A DNA stretch of 64,000 nt from Octopus vulgaris (GCA_951406725.2 OX597824.1:29822001-29886000), one strand, 5' to 3'; counted from the first letter of the stretch, positions 26,486 to 44,389 are shown. The notes: generated from the sequence alone by a model not told the origin. Program-made: numbers and translations.

Positions 26486-28009
26486 ATGCCGTAATAGAAA
26501 GTGGAGATTGATGCAGTCCTCTTGGTTGTCAACTGTTGTCAAACCGCCTGGCCCGTGCCCGCATAGAAAACGGACGTTGAATTATGGTGTTGTTGATGAT
26601 CATCATCATGGTGAGGATCATGACGCTCATGGAGGAGGAGGAGGAGGAGGAGGAGGAGGAGGTGGTGGTGGTGGTGGTGGTGGTGGTGGTGGTGGAGGAG
26701 GAGGAGGAGGAGGAGGAGGAGGAGGAGGAGGAGGAGTTAATGTTGAATTGTCTGAAATGGTAAGCAGCAATGCCCTGAGCCTGTTCTCTCGTAATGAGGC
26801 ATGGAATTATAACAGAGACACGAGCAGAAGTTTTAAATGCAGAACATTATGCTCTCTTTTACTGTTTGCACTTGGAGAAAAAGTGATGAACGACTAACAG
26901 CAAAGGAACAAACTTGCTCAGTTGTATAGCATCTTACGTTTTGATTAAACATTCTCAGCGAAAACTAGGTATATCACTGACCAGGGTAATATCATGTTGG
27001 TCAAGCATTGTGAAAGTAATCTATTTTGTCAGTTAATTATGATCCAGCCAGATCTAGTATTAGTAGATTTGTTGAAGTCTCTGATTTTACTAATTGGAAG
27101 CAATCAACGGCGAAAGACGAATGCTCAATGTTGAGCCCAAAACTCCTTTAGCGCCGTGGAGCACATAAGGAAGGGGAAGATGTCAGAGACGAGATAATGA
27201 AAGCACTGTGCTATTTCGTTATTCATTTATCGTGAGAGTGTTTGTTGGCTGGTCTCAGGTAATGACTAGTTAAGTTGATGAATGAAAATATGTTTCTTGG
27301 GCTGCGTGAAGAAGTAACTGACAACACCCGTAAACATTTTACAGAAGACTTTATTATTTCACATAGATTTAAATTGTGTTGGTCTTTTACAAATAAATAA
27401 TAACAACAATAATTACATACTGAGAGAGATATACTGCTTGGAGTTTACAGCAAGATTACTGATTCACCAACATGTGGCTGGCCCAGCAGAACTGAAAACC
27501 ACTGTGCTATATTCGTGGCGACGTAGATCCCTGTTGTCTACCTGTATCTGTTGTCTACCTGTATCTGTAACCGTTTTCCAGGTCGTCTATCTATGGCAAG
27601 AATGGAGATACATCGCGCAGCTGCCACAACATACTGAAATTACCGACAAAAACTGCTTTTTTATAAAGGTACTAGAAGAAAATTCTAGTAGATTGAATCA
27701 CACGATGACATGACCCTGAGTGGCTGCTTAATAAACCGATCACGTGAAACTACTGTGATTCGGTCGTGATGCATGACTGGTTACCTTGCGATTTGGTTTC
27801 GAATCACCTCTACATTGTTTCATACATCATCGTCATGGTTCAGCTGCAGCAGCACTTTGGTTGATATGATAAATACTATAATGCTTACATTAGTTGTTGC
27901 TAAGGTGATGGAGTTTCTGCTATGGAGGTACAATAAACTAATTATCTTGGGGATTTTACTTAATTTTAATTTCGAGTACAAATCCCACTGAGGTTAACTT
28001 TGAAAAAAA

Positions 28010-28660
28010 AAAAGCAGCGATCTGGCAGAATCGTTTTACGCCGGACAAAATACTTAATAGCATTTCTTCCGGTTTTACGTTCTGATTTCAAATTCCACCG
28101 CGGTCAACTTTGTCTTTCATCCATTCAGAATCGATAAAATAAATACGAGTTCAGCAGTGGGATCTATATAATCGACTGGCTCCCCCCCATCGCATAATTT
28201 CAGGCCTTGTGTCTATAATAAAAAGATCAATGCTTACATAAGGGAAGTAGAGTCGTGTGGATAAGTGGTTAGGGTGTTGAGGTCATGATTGTAAAATTGC
28301 GGTTTCAGTTCCTGGACCGGCTGATGCGTTATTTTCTTTAACTAAAGACTCCATTTCCCGTGAATTGCCCAAGTCTATTCAGCTGGCAAAAATGAGTAAT
28401 CCTGCGATAGACCAGCGCTCCATCCAGGGAAGCGGGAAAATATATGTGCCACAGAAATTGGGAAACCAGCCTTATGAGTCTATGACTCGGGAAGGAGTTA
28501 TTTTTATGTTCCGAGTTCAAATGCCGATGAGGGCGATTCTATCTTTCATCAATTTGGGATCAAGGAAATAAGTATCATTTCAGCACAGGGGCCGATGTAA
28601 TCGACTGCCTCCACCCCACACAAAATTTCAGTTCTTGTGCCTATAGCAAAAAGACTAATG
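28010..28660 (+). mobile_element. Cluster of decayed SINEs (B-like, E, B-like tail)
   Basis: B head at ~28015; E head/core at ~28250-28510 matching 30121; B-like tail ~28510-28655. Confidence 0.7.
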
Positions 28661-29003
28661 CTTTACATTAGTGCGTTGTTTTTTCCCTGGAGCACATACC
28701 TGAAAATATTTCGACTCAGCTGCTAATAGTACATAGATAAGATATATGTGTATAGAAACCGACTAGAGAGTTGTCAGTCAAAATATCTGACTCGTTTGTT
28801 GGTCATTTGAATTACAAAGGTAACAGCTGTAACATGTTATGACTAACCAACTGTCAAACTCAGGACAAGCCTACGTTACCGGGCAAAATTCTGTCTTTTC
28901 TGACGTGATCGGAATGCTTGACAGTTGCTATTATTCTGCAATTGTTTCACTATAATGTTTGGGGTTAGTGAAGTCACTGATGGCCCTATATTTTCTTGTT
29001 CAT

Positions 29004-29422
29004 GAGGCGGCGAGCTGGCAGAATCGTTAACGCGCCGGGCGAAATGCTTAGCGGTATTTCGTCTGTCGTTACGTTCTGAGTTCAAATTCCGCCGAGGTCG
29101 ACTTTACCTTTCATCCTCTCGGGGTCGATAAATAAAGTACCAGTTTCGCACTGGAGTCGATGTAATCGACTTAATTCGTTTGTCTGTCCTTGTTTGTCCC
29201 CTCTATGTTTAGCCCCTTGTGGGTAGTAAAGAAATAGGTATTTCGTCTGTCGTTACGTTCTGATTTCAAATTCCGCCGAGGTCGACTTTTCCTTTCATCC
29301 TCTCGGGGTCGATAAATAAAGTACCAGTTAAGCACTGGGGTCAATGTAATCGACTTAATCCCTTTGTCTGTCCTCGTTTGTCCTCTCTATGTTTAGCCCC
29401 TTGTGGGTAGTAAAGAAATATC
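29004..29422 (+). mobile_element. SINE family B, head plus 2 body units
   Basis: 184-bp period; perfect 15-bp TSD TATTTTCTTGTTCAT (28989-29003, 29423-29437). Confidence 0.94.
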
Positions 29423-29539
29423 TATTTTCTTGTTCATATTGTATTATTGTTGCTGCTTTTTTGTTTTTGCTTTTTTTTTAATATATTGTTGCTATTTTAT
29501 TCCCGAGAGTTCTAACAATCACGATCCTGGCTTTATTGG

Positions 29540-30101
29540 TTTGAAATTTCGGCGAAGGGCCAGCAATTTCATGAGAATAGGGTAAGACTATTACAGCAAC
29601 CTGCTCAGCTAGTTCATATTATATCGACCCCGAAAGGATGAAAGGCCAAGTAGACCTTGGCGGAATTTGCACTCAGAAAGCAAAGATGGATAAAATGCAG
29701 CTAAGCATTTTGTCCGGCGCGTGATAACGATTCTGCCTGCTCGCCGCCTTGGCTTATTGTATATTAAAGTCTATACCAGTGGTTTTCAACCACAGACTTT
29801 GCATGTACCATATTTTTTATTCATTGAGCGTGCATGTAACATATATGCGCATGTTATATGTATATAACATAAGGCGGCGAGCTGGCTGAAACGTTAGCAC
29901 GCCGGACGAAATGCTTTATGTATTCCGTCCGCCGCTGCGTTCTGAGTTCAAATTCCGCCGAGGTCGACTTTGCCTTTCATCCTTTCGGGGTCGATAAATA
30001 AAGTATCAGTTACGCACTGGGGTCGATGTAATAGACTTAATCCGGTTGTCTGTCCTTGTTTGTCCCCTCTATGTTTAGCCCCTCGTGGGAAATAAAGAAA
30101 T
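29540..30101. mobile_element. Two family B SINEs: minus ~29540-29750, plus 29871-30101
   Basis: Both show the AAGGCGGCGAGC head and TTCCGCC..GGTC body. Confidence 0.85.
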
Positions 30102-30119
30102 ATATATGTATATAAATAG

Positions 30120-30375
30120 TGGAGGGGCATGGCTTAGTGATTAGGGTATCAGCATTATGATATTAAGATTGTGGTTTCGATTCCTGGACCGGGCGATGCG
30201 TTGTGTTCTTGAGCAAAGCACTTCATTTCACGTTGCTCCGGTCCACTCAGCTGGCAAAAATTAGTAAAGCTGCGATGGACTGGCGTCCCGTCCAGCTGGG
30301 GAACACATACGCCATAGAAACCGGGAAACCAGGCACATGAGCCTGGCTAGGCTTTAAAAAGGGCGCATTTATTAT
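30120..30375 (+). mobile_element. SINE family E (tRNA head, CORE-like domain, distinct tail)
   Basis: Shares TTGAGCAA..TTTCACGTTGCTCC.GTCCACTCAGCTGGCAAAAAT with family D, then GCGATGGACTGGCGTCCCGTCCAG tail. Confidence 0.85.
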
Positions 30376-30447
30376 TTTTATTTTATATGTATATAAATAG
30401 ATTGATAGACGGACAGATAAACAGAAAACATACATATGATAAATATA

Positions 30448-30815
30448 GGGCGTATGTGCGAAGAAGCTTGCTTCCCAGCCGTATGGTTCCAGGTTCAGTC
30501 CCACTGTGTGGCACCCTGAGCAAGTGTCTTCTACTATAGCCTCAAACCGACCAAAACCTTGCAAATGGATTTGGTAAATGAAAACTGAAAGACACCAGTC
30601 GTAAGTATATATATATATAATGGAGTGTATTTGTGTGTGCTTATCCACGGTGTGATTATGTCCCCGTAACTTAGCGGTTCAGCAAAAGATATCGATAGAA
30701 TAAGTACAAGGCTCTAAAAAGTAATTCCTGGTAACGTATTCTTCGACTTAAACTCCTCAAGGTAGTGCTCCAACATGACCGCAGTCAAATGACTGAAACA
30801 AGTGAAAGAGTATAA
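30448..30815 (+). mobile_element. SINE family A, older copy
   Basis: Collinear with family A. Confidence 0.85.
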
Positions 30816-30828
30816 GAAAAAGAATGTT

Positions 30829-30887
<59 letters not shown>

Positions 30888-30984
30888 ATACATGAAAATT
30901 AATATAGACAGCAGTGTGCAATATTTTACAAAAAAGGAAAACTATAATTGTCACTAAATACGACTGGGGGGAGGATATATATAC

Positions 30985-31021
<37 letters not shown>

Positions 31022-31143
31022 AGAATGGGGTACAAAATGAGCAAGGGTAGATATAAGCATATTAAAGATATGGTTACTGGCACAAACTACCCAAAACGTA
31101 CATGCGTGTATGCATACATACATTCACCCATACAAACACACAC

Positions 31144-31185
<42 letters not shown>

Positions 31186-31616
31186 ATATATATATATATT
31201 CTCAGGTGTCATTTTTATGGTCGTCACTAGATCTCGCCTATAATTTATGCCAGATGACAAAGTGGTGGGGGTTTTTTTCATAATCGTTCTCTTTTGACAG
31301 GTAAAAGTCTTTTACTTATTAAGAAATGAAAGCAGATTATCTCAGCGGATGTCTGTGATCGGTGGCGGTTGGTGGTTAGTCTTAACATTTCACAGGTGTT
31401 GCTTTTGTCATACAAATGGCCGGCAACACGAACCAGGCTTTTTGACTGACAACACTTCACTTCGGTTTCTATACAAATTAAACTCTATATTTAAACTCAC
31501 TCTTCCTCCTCTCTCTCTCATTCTCTCTCACACACACACACTCTCTCTCTCACATACATATATTCATACACACGCATATTTGTGTATATATGAATATAAA
31601 TAAATAAATACATACA

Positions 31617-31710
<94 letters not shown>

Positions 31711-31770
31711 AACATGTATATATATATATATACAAACATATATATATATATACAAACATATATAAATGTA

Positions 31771-31860
<90 letters not shown>

Positions 31861-31978
31861 ATGCGTTCTTATCTGTGGCGTTTATATTTTTCTTCACTGA
31901 TTTACCAACGTTTATGCATCCATAGCTACATATATTAAAGTTGGCATTCAAATTTGTGAGAGCGCATGTGCTTGCGTA

Positions 31979-32031
<53 letters not shown>

Positions 32032-32135
32032 TAACTGCCTTTCGCTTTCGTACATTGCCATCACTTGAAAACTTTGTTAAACTAGCACAAGTGTAGAGTT
32101 TTTTCGGCGATGCCCAGCTATAGTATTGCAACACA

Positions 32136-32531
32136 TCTTTATATATAAAAGTGGGGTTGTGTGCTGTCTGTCTCCTACAATTTAAATTCCTAACTACTCC
32201 CACATTTTGCGGTGCAGTTTAACCAAAACCGGGTATCTTATAGTCGTGATTCATATCGAGCCCTTCTGGGTATTAGCGCGCGTCTACGATGAGTCTACGA
32301 TTTAAAAAAAAATTTACCATCAATTTTTCCCATTTTTAATGCATTTTTGGCATATATAAGGGAAGTAACTCTCTAAAAATTTATTATTAAATCTCAGAAC
32401 GTAAAAAGCTACAGTAACACCCCCCCTTTGTGGTTAGCCATATTGAGATGGCTATTATACTTTACATCTCTAAAAATGCTTATATAGTTATTTCCCTTAC
32501 AAACCCGAGCAACGCCGGGTGATACTGCTAG
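32136..32531 (+). mobile_element. Non-autonomous Helitron, both termini intact (396 bp)
   Basis: 5' TC after host A; hairpin ACCCG-agcaacgc-CGGGT at 32503-32520; 3' CTAG before host T; no TSD. Confidence 0.9.
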
Positions 32532-32951
32532 TTATAGATATAGTAACAGAAATGTTAAAAAATAGGTGATGCCACTGTCTGAAACTTTTTAATGTAAGGA
32601 AAGGAGTTTCAAAGGTTCATTCTCTTTCTCTAAGCAATATATGTATTTGCCCGAAAGGAAGAACTCGTCGACATTATTGGAGGCAAACGGAGTCGTAGGA
32701 TTTATATAAATGGTTTTATTTACCTAAAGGGATGTTTAAACAAGGACTATGGGTCTCACACTTCCAGCTGTTGGATGGTCGTTGACTGTACTGACTTCAT
32801 CTGCCCTTTGACAGGTTTTGTTTTTTGTCCTGTTGAGTGTCCAACGAAAACCACCCTTCTTGCAAAACAGGCTTGCTAGTGTTGCTGGTTTAGAGTCAAC
32901 AACGGCCCCACATGGCGACAATGTTGTTAGTAGCATGTACATAAATTCATA

Positions 32952-33001
<50 letters not shown>

Positions 33002-33146
33002 ATTTGAAAACCCCACTAGAATGGGAGAAAGCGCTAATGATCTGAATGATATGATCTGAATGATATGATATATATATGTAAAAAATGTAATATATAAATA
33101 AATATCTGTAAATATGAACCATCCGATCTTCTGATTACCTCATTTC

Positions 33147-33198
<52 letters not shown>

Positions 33199-33281
33199 GC
33201 GCGCACATATATAGACATGCATTTATATATGTGTATAGATACTTAGATAGATATTGTGTATGCGTGTGTGTCGTGTGTATG

Positions 33282-33323
<42 letters not shown>

Positions 33324-33742
33324 ACACTTAGGACATTGTGAAACACAGAAGCGCAAATGACACAGAGCTTTATTCCTAATGTCGGACGAAACAAGTCACA
33401 TCTGATGCTTTGAAACGAAGAACACCCAACAAAATTTACCCTACAATTCTAAACATGCCACCCAATATTATGGGATTATAAAATCATTAGATGAATAGTT
33501 CTTCTCAGACGAAAGGTGGTCGATGTTATCGATGAAGAAGAGTCCAATCAAAGCCGAAACTCTGTTCGAGTCACTGGCATTTTTTCTGTCTACAGAGAAT
33601 TACATAAAATAGATACGTGTTTGCAATCGTTAATGTATTTCTCGGACATTTATGCATATCAGATTAAATCTGTATTGATTCAGCGCAGATATGTATGTAC
33701 CCAATTACTCAGTTGTCGGGTACAAATGTATGTGTGTGTCTG

Positions 33743-33779
<37 letters not shown>

Positions 33780-33782
33780 TAA

Positions 33783-35260
<1,478 letters not shown>

Positions 35261-35448
35261 TTCTGAAAGTAACTTCGCAAAGAGTTACCTCCCTTCTCCA
35301 CGCAACCCAGAAACGGGAGTTTTCTGCTCCCAGTGGGGCCCGTTACTCATTATAGGAAAAAATTTTAAGAGTCTAAAAACATTTCTGGAGCATAAATAAA
35401 TATGTTCCCAATTTGGAGAAAATCAATTGAAAAATACCACCGTTATAA

Positions 35449-35524
<76 letters not shown>

Positions 35525-36125
35525 ACACACACGCGCACACACAGAACGGGATTTATATATTCATATATATATATCAAGACGTCAAAGATCATAACGATCA
35601 TTCCGAACGGGATTCTGATCTGTTGGAAGTTTCAAGGCTAAAACTTTTTAGGGGCAGTGGGGTAGGTAGGGGTTAATTACATCAACCCCCAATACTTAAC
35701 TGGTACTTTATTTTACCAATCTAGAGAGGATAAAACGCAAAGTTGATATCGGTAGGATTTGACCTCAGATCGTGAAGAACCGGAAGAAATCCTAGTGTGC
35801 ATTTTACCCGGCGTGTATATCTATAATAGACGCCTTATTTAGTATTGTAGACAAGTGTGCTTGTATGGTGCTGCAAGATGTAAATGAGAATGAGATACAA
35901 GGACGATGAATCGTACACATAAGTGAGGGAGTATAATTTGCTTAGGGGCTGCAAAACCAGATTCGTTTTTTTTTTTTTTACAATGCAGCTTTATTAATTA
36001 CAAATATTACCAAATGATCTTCAGCTTTTATCTTTGTATCAAAACATATTAAGAAAAATACTGAATATTTTTTGTATTCAGACTTTTGACCTGCTTCCTC
36101 TCTTTCTCTCTCTCTCTCTCTCTCG

Positions 36126-36167
<42 letters not shown>

Positions 36168-36239
36168 CTCTCTCTCTCCTTCTCTCTCTCTTTGTCTCCT
36201 GTGTATATATTTATATATGTGTGTGTATGAATATATATG

Positions 36240-36307
<68 letters not shown>

Positions 36308-36690
36308 TGTGTGTGTAAGTATGTATGTATGTATATTACATAATATGTGTGTATGTGTATATGTATATATATATATATATGTGTGTGTGTATATATATAT
36401 GTGTGTGTATATGTGTATAGATAGATATACATATCTGTCTATATCTATCTATATATCCGTATGTATACTTATATGTGCACATACATAAATGCATATATAA
36501 ATATATACATATATATATATATACATATGTGTGTATGCATGTATATAACTATCTGCATAAATATATGTATGTATGGATGTATGTATGTATCTATGTATGT
36601 ATGTATGCATGTATGTATGTATGGTATGTATGGTATGTATGTATGTATGTATGTATGTATGCATGCATGTATGTACAACCATCTTGTATG

Positions 36691-36737
<47 letters not shown>

Positions 36738-37220
36738 TATTGTTTAAATAGTCTTATCAGTTGGACTTTGACATATATCACTAAGTGTATACATGAGTTT
36801 CATTATATACAAATGTCATAATAGATCACCAATAATAACTTGTGTATATATCCTTTGTCGTGTCTTTCACCTTATTGTTTATACACCTTTTTTTCTAACA
36901 CCCTTGAACACCCTTTAAATCGCGTCTATTGAATAGTGTCCACAAGTGTTTCATTTCAACACAAGAGAAATAAATATGTAGCTAGGTATCGGGTTTTGGT
37001 GACTACATGCGACGATATCAATCTCAGAATATCAGCGGTACATATTTTTGATGATCCTCGTAAGAAAGGAAAACCTTTGTCAAATTCTGCCATATTTGAA
37101 ACTCTAAGGCTAAAGAAATAAAGCTGAATGCCTTTAAATGAATAGAGCATTAATACTGTGGTGAAGGACATGTAGAATTGTTAAGTGTTGAAGAAAATAA
37201 CTTTGCAGGAATTGCTAATA

Positions 37221-37875
37221 CAGTAATACTTTGCCATATCGCGGTTCACCTAGCGCGGTTTATTATTTAAGCTTACGTCGTTTCCTCGGTGGTGGTGTTT
37301 TGCCTTTATAATAGAATAAATATACACAAGCTATATAAATAATTTTAAAAAATATATATTAAAAAAATATATAGGCGCAGGAGTAGCTGTGTGGTAAGTA
37401 GCTTGCTAACCAACCACATGGTTCCGGGTTCAGTCCCACTGCGTGGCATCTTGGGCAAGTGTCTTCTGCTATAGCCACGGGCCGACCAATGCCGTGTGAG
37501 TGGATTTGGTAGACGGAAACTGAAAGAAGCCTGTCGTATATATGTATATATATGTATGTGTGTGTGTTTGTGTGTTTGTGTGTCTGTGTTTGTCCCCCTA
37601 GCATTGCTTGACAACCGATGTTGGTGTGTTTACGTCCCCGTCACTTAGCGGTTCGGCAAAAAAGAGACCGATAGAATAAGTACTGGGCTTACAAAGAATA
37701 AGTCCCGGGATCGATTTGCTCGACTAAAGGCGGTGCTCCAGCATGGCCGCAGTCAAATGACTGAAACAAGTAAAAGAGTAAGAGTAAAGAGTACAGTGCT
37801 GTTTCTACTTCGCTGATTTTCACCTATCGCGGTGGCTTTTCGAACGTAACAGCCGCGATAGTCGAGGGATTACTG
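37221..37875. mobile_element. Tigger/pogo-like MITE interrupted by a SINE
   Basis: Imperfect TIRs CAGTAATactttgccaTATCGCGG and CAGTAATccctcgacTATCGCGG; TA on both sides. Confidence 0.75.
37373..37793 (+). mobile_element. SINE family A, young full-length copy
   Basis: Near-identical to 10832 and 43373. Confidence 0.94.
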
Positions 37876-38469
37876 TAATTACTTCAAATTTCGGCACAAG
37901 GCCATGAGAGTTATTTTTTTTTTATATTCAGCCGAGTGGATTAAAGGTAAAATTGATTTGAACTCCGAATGTAAAGAGCCCGTAAAAAACTGCCGAACTG
38001 CGAATGCAAACAAACTAACACTGGTTGTCTAGAGTTTGGGGAAACAAACACACACATAAATATATATACGACGGGTTTCCGCACAGTTCCTGCCAATTAG
38101 TTTCACTCACAAGACATTGGTCGGTCCCGGGGCTATAGTAAAAAACATTTGCCCAAGATGGCGCGCAGTACGACTGAACTCGAAACCACGCGGTTGCAAA
38201 GCGAGCTTCTTAACCACACAGCCATGCCAGCGCCTATGTGTATGAAGTATGTATAAGTGCATCATTTCCCTTTTGTAATTTGTGTGCAGATAATGCTTAA
38301 TGTATTATTCGTATTTTCATCTTCTGTGTAAGTGATATATTTTGCTGTTGTATGTGATGTTTGTGGTATTTGAAGTTGTTTGATGTTGATAAGAAAGGAG
38401 ATAGCAGAGTTGGTAAGCGTTACTTTATAATCTTTCTGTTTTTCTTTATTTTCAGGGCAAGGTTTTTTA

Positions 38470-38900
38470 GGTGGCTGGCGTAAAGTTCGAGTAGATGTGC
38501 AGCTATGATTGCTAGGAGGTAACTCAGATGACATATGCCTATGCCATTGTTTCTTAAGGAGATGTTTTACTTATAAGTGGGTAACGGTGAGTGAAGTCAA
38601 AAGCTTTGCTGGTGTCGATGGTTTATAAAAGCGTGCATTTAGTTCGCTTTTGTATATTTTTTATGCAGCCGTCATGTATCTTTTAAGGTATAAGATTTGT
38701 GAATAGTTTAATAGTGTAACAGCTAAGTGCAGTGGTTTGAATTCATGTTGTAGGTCAGAGAGTACAACGTGTGTGTTGGTGATATCAAGGATGAGTTTTG
38801 TTTGTTTTTTCTAGGATATATAGTTATTTATATAAGACAGTGATGTGTTTGTATGAGGCTGATTCAGTTAAGTGTTACCAGGTTCACAAATTATTATAAT
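38470..38900 (-). pseudogene. Decayed non-LTR reverse transcriptase fragment
   Basis: Minus strand QHEFKPLH (QxGFxP-like) and TIDTSKAFD at 38596-38622. Confidence 0.6.
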
Positions 38901-39617
38901 TGCGCTCAGTTTTTTTACTGTTAGGGGCTTGGCAGTATTCCTATGACTAGCTAAGGTAACCACTGTGCACCAACTAATGTACACAAAATATCTGGGTAGA
39001 ATAGAGCAACATGAAATGAAGTATTTTGCTCAAAAACACAACGCTCACCCCGGTCCAGGAATTGAAACCACAACCTTGCGACCATGAGCCGAAACACCCT
39101 AACCACTAAACCACGCGTCTCCTCAACAGTTGGCGTATCTAAGCAACTATATCTCACACGGCCATGCAAAATTACACTGAAATAACTCAACTGCTAAATA
39201 TTAGAGCCAGCTTCCAATATAACACATCAGAAGAATAGAGACAAGAAATAAAACGCAGAATATACCAAATGTAGAAACTAGAAAACTTATATAAGCAACA
39301 TAAGTCACGAAACAAACCAATAATATGCAGTTTTTTAAAACTCCAACAACATAGAAACTCCCTTATCAAAAATATTTTTTCTAAAATCAGTCACAAAAAT
39401 AGCAAGAAAGAAAATAAGAATAACAGGAAACAAATAAACCTCCTACAAGGATTACGAGCTTCAATTCTTCCTTCTATCAGACGCCAAAACTGCTATAGGA
39501 AAAGCTAAAGTCTCAAAAACACCAGGACTCAATTAAATCACAAAAATAAACCTAAATCATGAGGTGTCGCAAGGAATCACTGCATTCACTAACGTCTTTA
39601 GCTTATAATTCCAACTC

Positions 39618-40556
39618 TTAGCGCGCCGGGCGAAAAGCTTAGCGGTATTTCGTCTGTCGTTACGTTCTGAGTTCAAATTCCGCCGAGGTTGACTTTGCTT
39701 TTCATCCTTTCGGGGTCGATAAATAAAGTACCAGTTTCGCACTGGGGTCGATGTAATCGACTTAATCCCTATGTCTGTCCTTGTTTGTCCCCTCTATGTT
39801 TAGTCCCTTGTGGGTAGTAAAGAAATATATACTTATTGTCAGCGACTTTTCTTCCGGTTTTGTGTTCTGAGTTCAAATACGACTGAGATCGACTTTACTA
39901 CTCATCCTTTCGTGGTCGATATAATCGACTTATTCCCTCCCCTAAAATTGTCGGCCTTGTGCCAATATTGGTTTCAAATTCTGGTATAAGACCAGCAATT
40001 TTGGGGGAGGGTGTAAATGCTCAACTGATACTTATTTTATTGAGCCTGAAAGGATGAAAGGCAAAGTCGACCTTGGCGAAATTTGAACTAAGAACGTAAT
40101 GACTAACGAAATACCGCTAAGCATTTAGCAAGAGTTTCTTATTTCTTTACTACCCACAAGGGGCTAAACATAGAGGAGACAAACAAGCACAGACAAACGG
40201 ATTAAGTCGATTATATTGACCCCAGTGCTTAACTGGTACTTAATTTATCGACCCCGAAAGGATGAAAGGCAAAATCGACCTCGGCGGAATTTGAACTCAG
40301 AACGTAACGGCAGACGAAATACCTATTTCTTTACTACCCACAAGGGGCTAAACACAGAGGGGACAAACAAGGACAGACAAACGGATTAAGTTGATTACAT
40401 CGACTCCAGTGCGTAACTGGTACTTAATTTATCGATCCCGAAAGGATGAAAGACAAAGTCGACCTCGGCGGAATTTGAACTCAGAACGCAGCGGCGGACG
40501 AAATACCACAAAGTATTTCGCCCGGCGTGCTAACGTTTCTGCCAGCTCGCCGCCTT
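39618..40556. mobile_element. Family B SINE cluster: plus copy 39618-39828, fragments, minus dimer 40139-40556
   Basis: Family B bodies; 184-bp period with the same junction in the dimer. Confidence 0.9.
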
Positions 40557-40627
40557 TGTTTCTGCTAATCTTGTCTTAAAACAGTCATTACTTTTGATAT
40601 CATTGATTTTTGGCTTTATGTTTTTTC

Positions 40628-42340
<1,713 letters not shown>

Positions 42341-42646
42341 GATACTCCAACTGCCTAATTATAATGTCACTTTATTCTGCTTGTAGTGTTTCGTGAAAAA
42401 AAAAAACACTACGAATGCTTAGAACGAACTTCGAGAGAATGCGTGGTCTGACAATGAGGAGAGAACCTACCAAGTACCTCATCGTAACGATTGCTAAGGC
42501 TTTTATTGACTAATGACTAGTTTTATATTTTGTATCGGAGTTTCATTGGCCTCATAAAGAGCTCCTGACGCTGACAGCAGATGATGTGATCAGTAAGATT
42601 CATTTAAAGTTGTGGTGCGCTAAAAGTAGTCGATAATCCAATACTA

Positions 42647-42685
<39 letters not shown>

Positions 42686-43126
42686 GTATGTATGCATGTA
42701 TGTATGCATGTATGTATGTATTTATGTATGTATGTATGTATATATATATATATCCCACTCTTTCTTTCTCTCTGTCTTTCCCGCTCTTTCTCTCTTCTCA
42801 TCTTTCTTTCTCCTTACCTCGCTTTCTCTCTTATCTCTCGCCCTTCTGTCTCTCCCTCTCTTTCTCTCTCTTTCTCCTTTTCCCTCTCTCTCTCTCTCTC
42901 TCGTCGACGAAGGTTGACCTCAGTCTAAATGACAATAGCAAAACAACAATCAGTGCAGAGTTGACTCGAACCGGAATCTACTTCTAAAGAACCGAAATCT
43001 GATGGTGCAAAGAAATGATTCCTGCACTTCTTCCGCTGTTACTGTGCGTGTGATCGGTAGAGCGCAATAGTGGGTGTGTGTGTGTGTATATATATTTCGT
43101 ATACATTCATACCTGCATACGTAAGT

Positions 43127-43180
<54 letters not shown>

Positions 43181-43235
43181 ATACGCACACACACACACAT
43201 ACACACTCACATATATACAAATATATGTGTGGACG

Positions 43236-43276
43236 CCTATAATGAGAACCCAATAAGGTTCGAAAATCGATTTAGG
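43236..43276 (+). ncRNA. Degenerate minimal hammerhead motif
   Basis: cct-ATAATGA-gaacc(caataa)ggttc-GAA-AATCGATT-T-agg; 5-bp stem II, palindromic stem III, two core mismatches. Confidence 0.6.
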
Positions 43277-43372
43277 TTGTTTATCGTTTATTTAGTCAGC
43301 GGAGAAATGGTAAAAATTTACCCTGTTTATAATTATATCATGTTACATATACATATATATATATATATACAT

Positions 43373-43777
43373 AGGCGCAGGAGTGGCTGTGTGGTAAGTA
43401 GCTTGCTAACCAACCACATGGTTCCGGGTTCAGTCCCACTGCGTGGCATCTTGGGCAAGTGTCTTCTGTTATAGCCCCGGGCCGACCAATGCCTTGTGAG
43501 TGGATTTGGTAGACAGAAACTGAAAGAAGCCTGTCGTATATATGTATATATATATAAGTGTATGTGTATATGTTTGTGTGCCTGTGTTTGTCCCCCTAGC
43601 ATTGCTTGACAACCGATGCTGGTGTGTTTACGTCCCCGTCACTTAGCGGTTCGGCAAAAGAGACCGATAGAATAAGTACTGGGCTTACAAAGAATAAGTC
43701 CCGTTGTCGATTTGCTCGACTAAAGGCGGTGCTCCAGCATGGCTGCAGTCAAATGACTGAAACAAGTAAAAGAGTAA
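43373..43777 (+). mobile_element. SINE family A, young full-length copy
   Basis: Complete head to tail. Confidence 0.94.
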
Positions 43778-43988
43778 TATATATATATTAATACACACGC
43801 ACACACACACACACACATGTATATATACATATATATATATTTGTTTCTTCTTTTACTTGTTTCAGTTATTTGACTGTGGCCATGCTGGACCACTTCCTAT
43901 ACAAATATACACAGGTATATTTATCTATCTGTGTGTGCGTGTGTATGTGTGTGTATGTGCATTTCTATACATACATGTGTGTGTGTAA

Positions 43989-44389
43989 TGCGGACATCTA
44001 AATTTTGGAGCATGCCCCAACCGACTGGAAGGTTCAGAATTCCATTTCAAACAAGGATAGAGATTCACAATTAAGACCAATTTCATTTGTGCAACCAAAA
44101 ATTTAATTTACGTGATAACTTGTTTAGCATGAGGGAACAACTATATAGGCCGAACAGGAGTGTCACTTAGGCAGAGATTTACATTGCATGAAGAACAGAT
44201 CCCTTTCCTAAGGTACAGACAGATAACATTGAGAGAACACATAGAGAGTTGTTGTGCAGGAAATCTTCAACCAAACTTTACAATTTTCCCATCTACCAGT
44301 GCAATGAAACAACTTCTATACAAGAAGAATTAAATAACGAAAATATATTTATTGAAAAATACCAACCGCGCTTGAACATGAACGCATAA
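43989..44389 (+). pseudogene. Penelope-like GIY-YIG endonuclease pseudogene
   Basis: Hand translation: FICATKNLIYVITCLA*GNNYIGRTGVSLRQRFTLHEEQI..LREHIESC..FTIFP/YQC..ENIFIEKYQPRLNMNA*; two stops and a frameshift, absent from the ORF track. Confidence 0.88.

Noticed and set aside
29778-29795. hAT TIR CAGTGGTTTTCAACC
   Set aside because: No partner TIR found nearby
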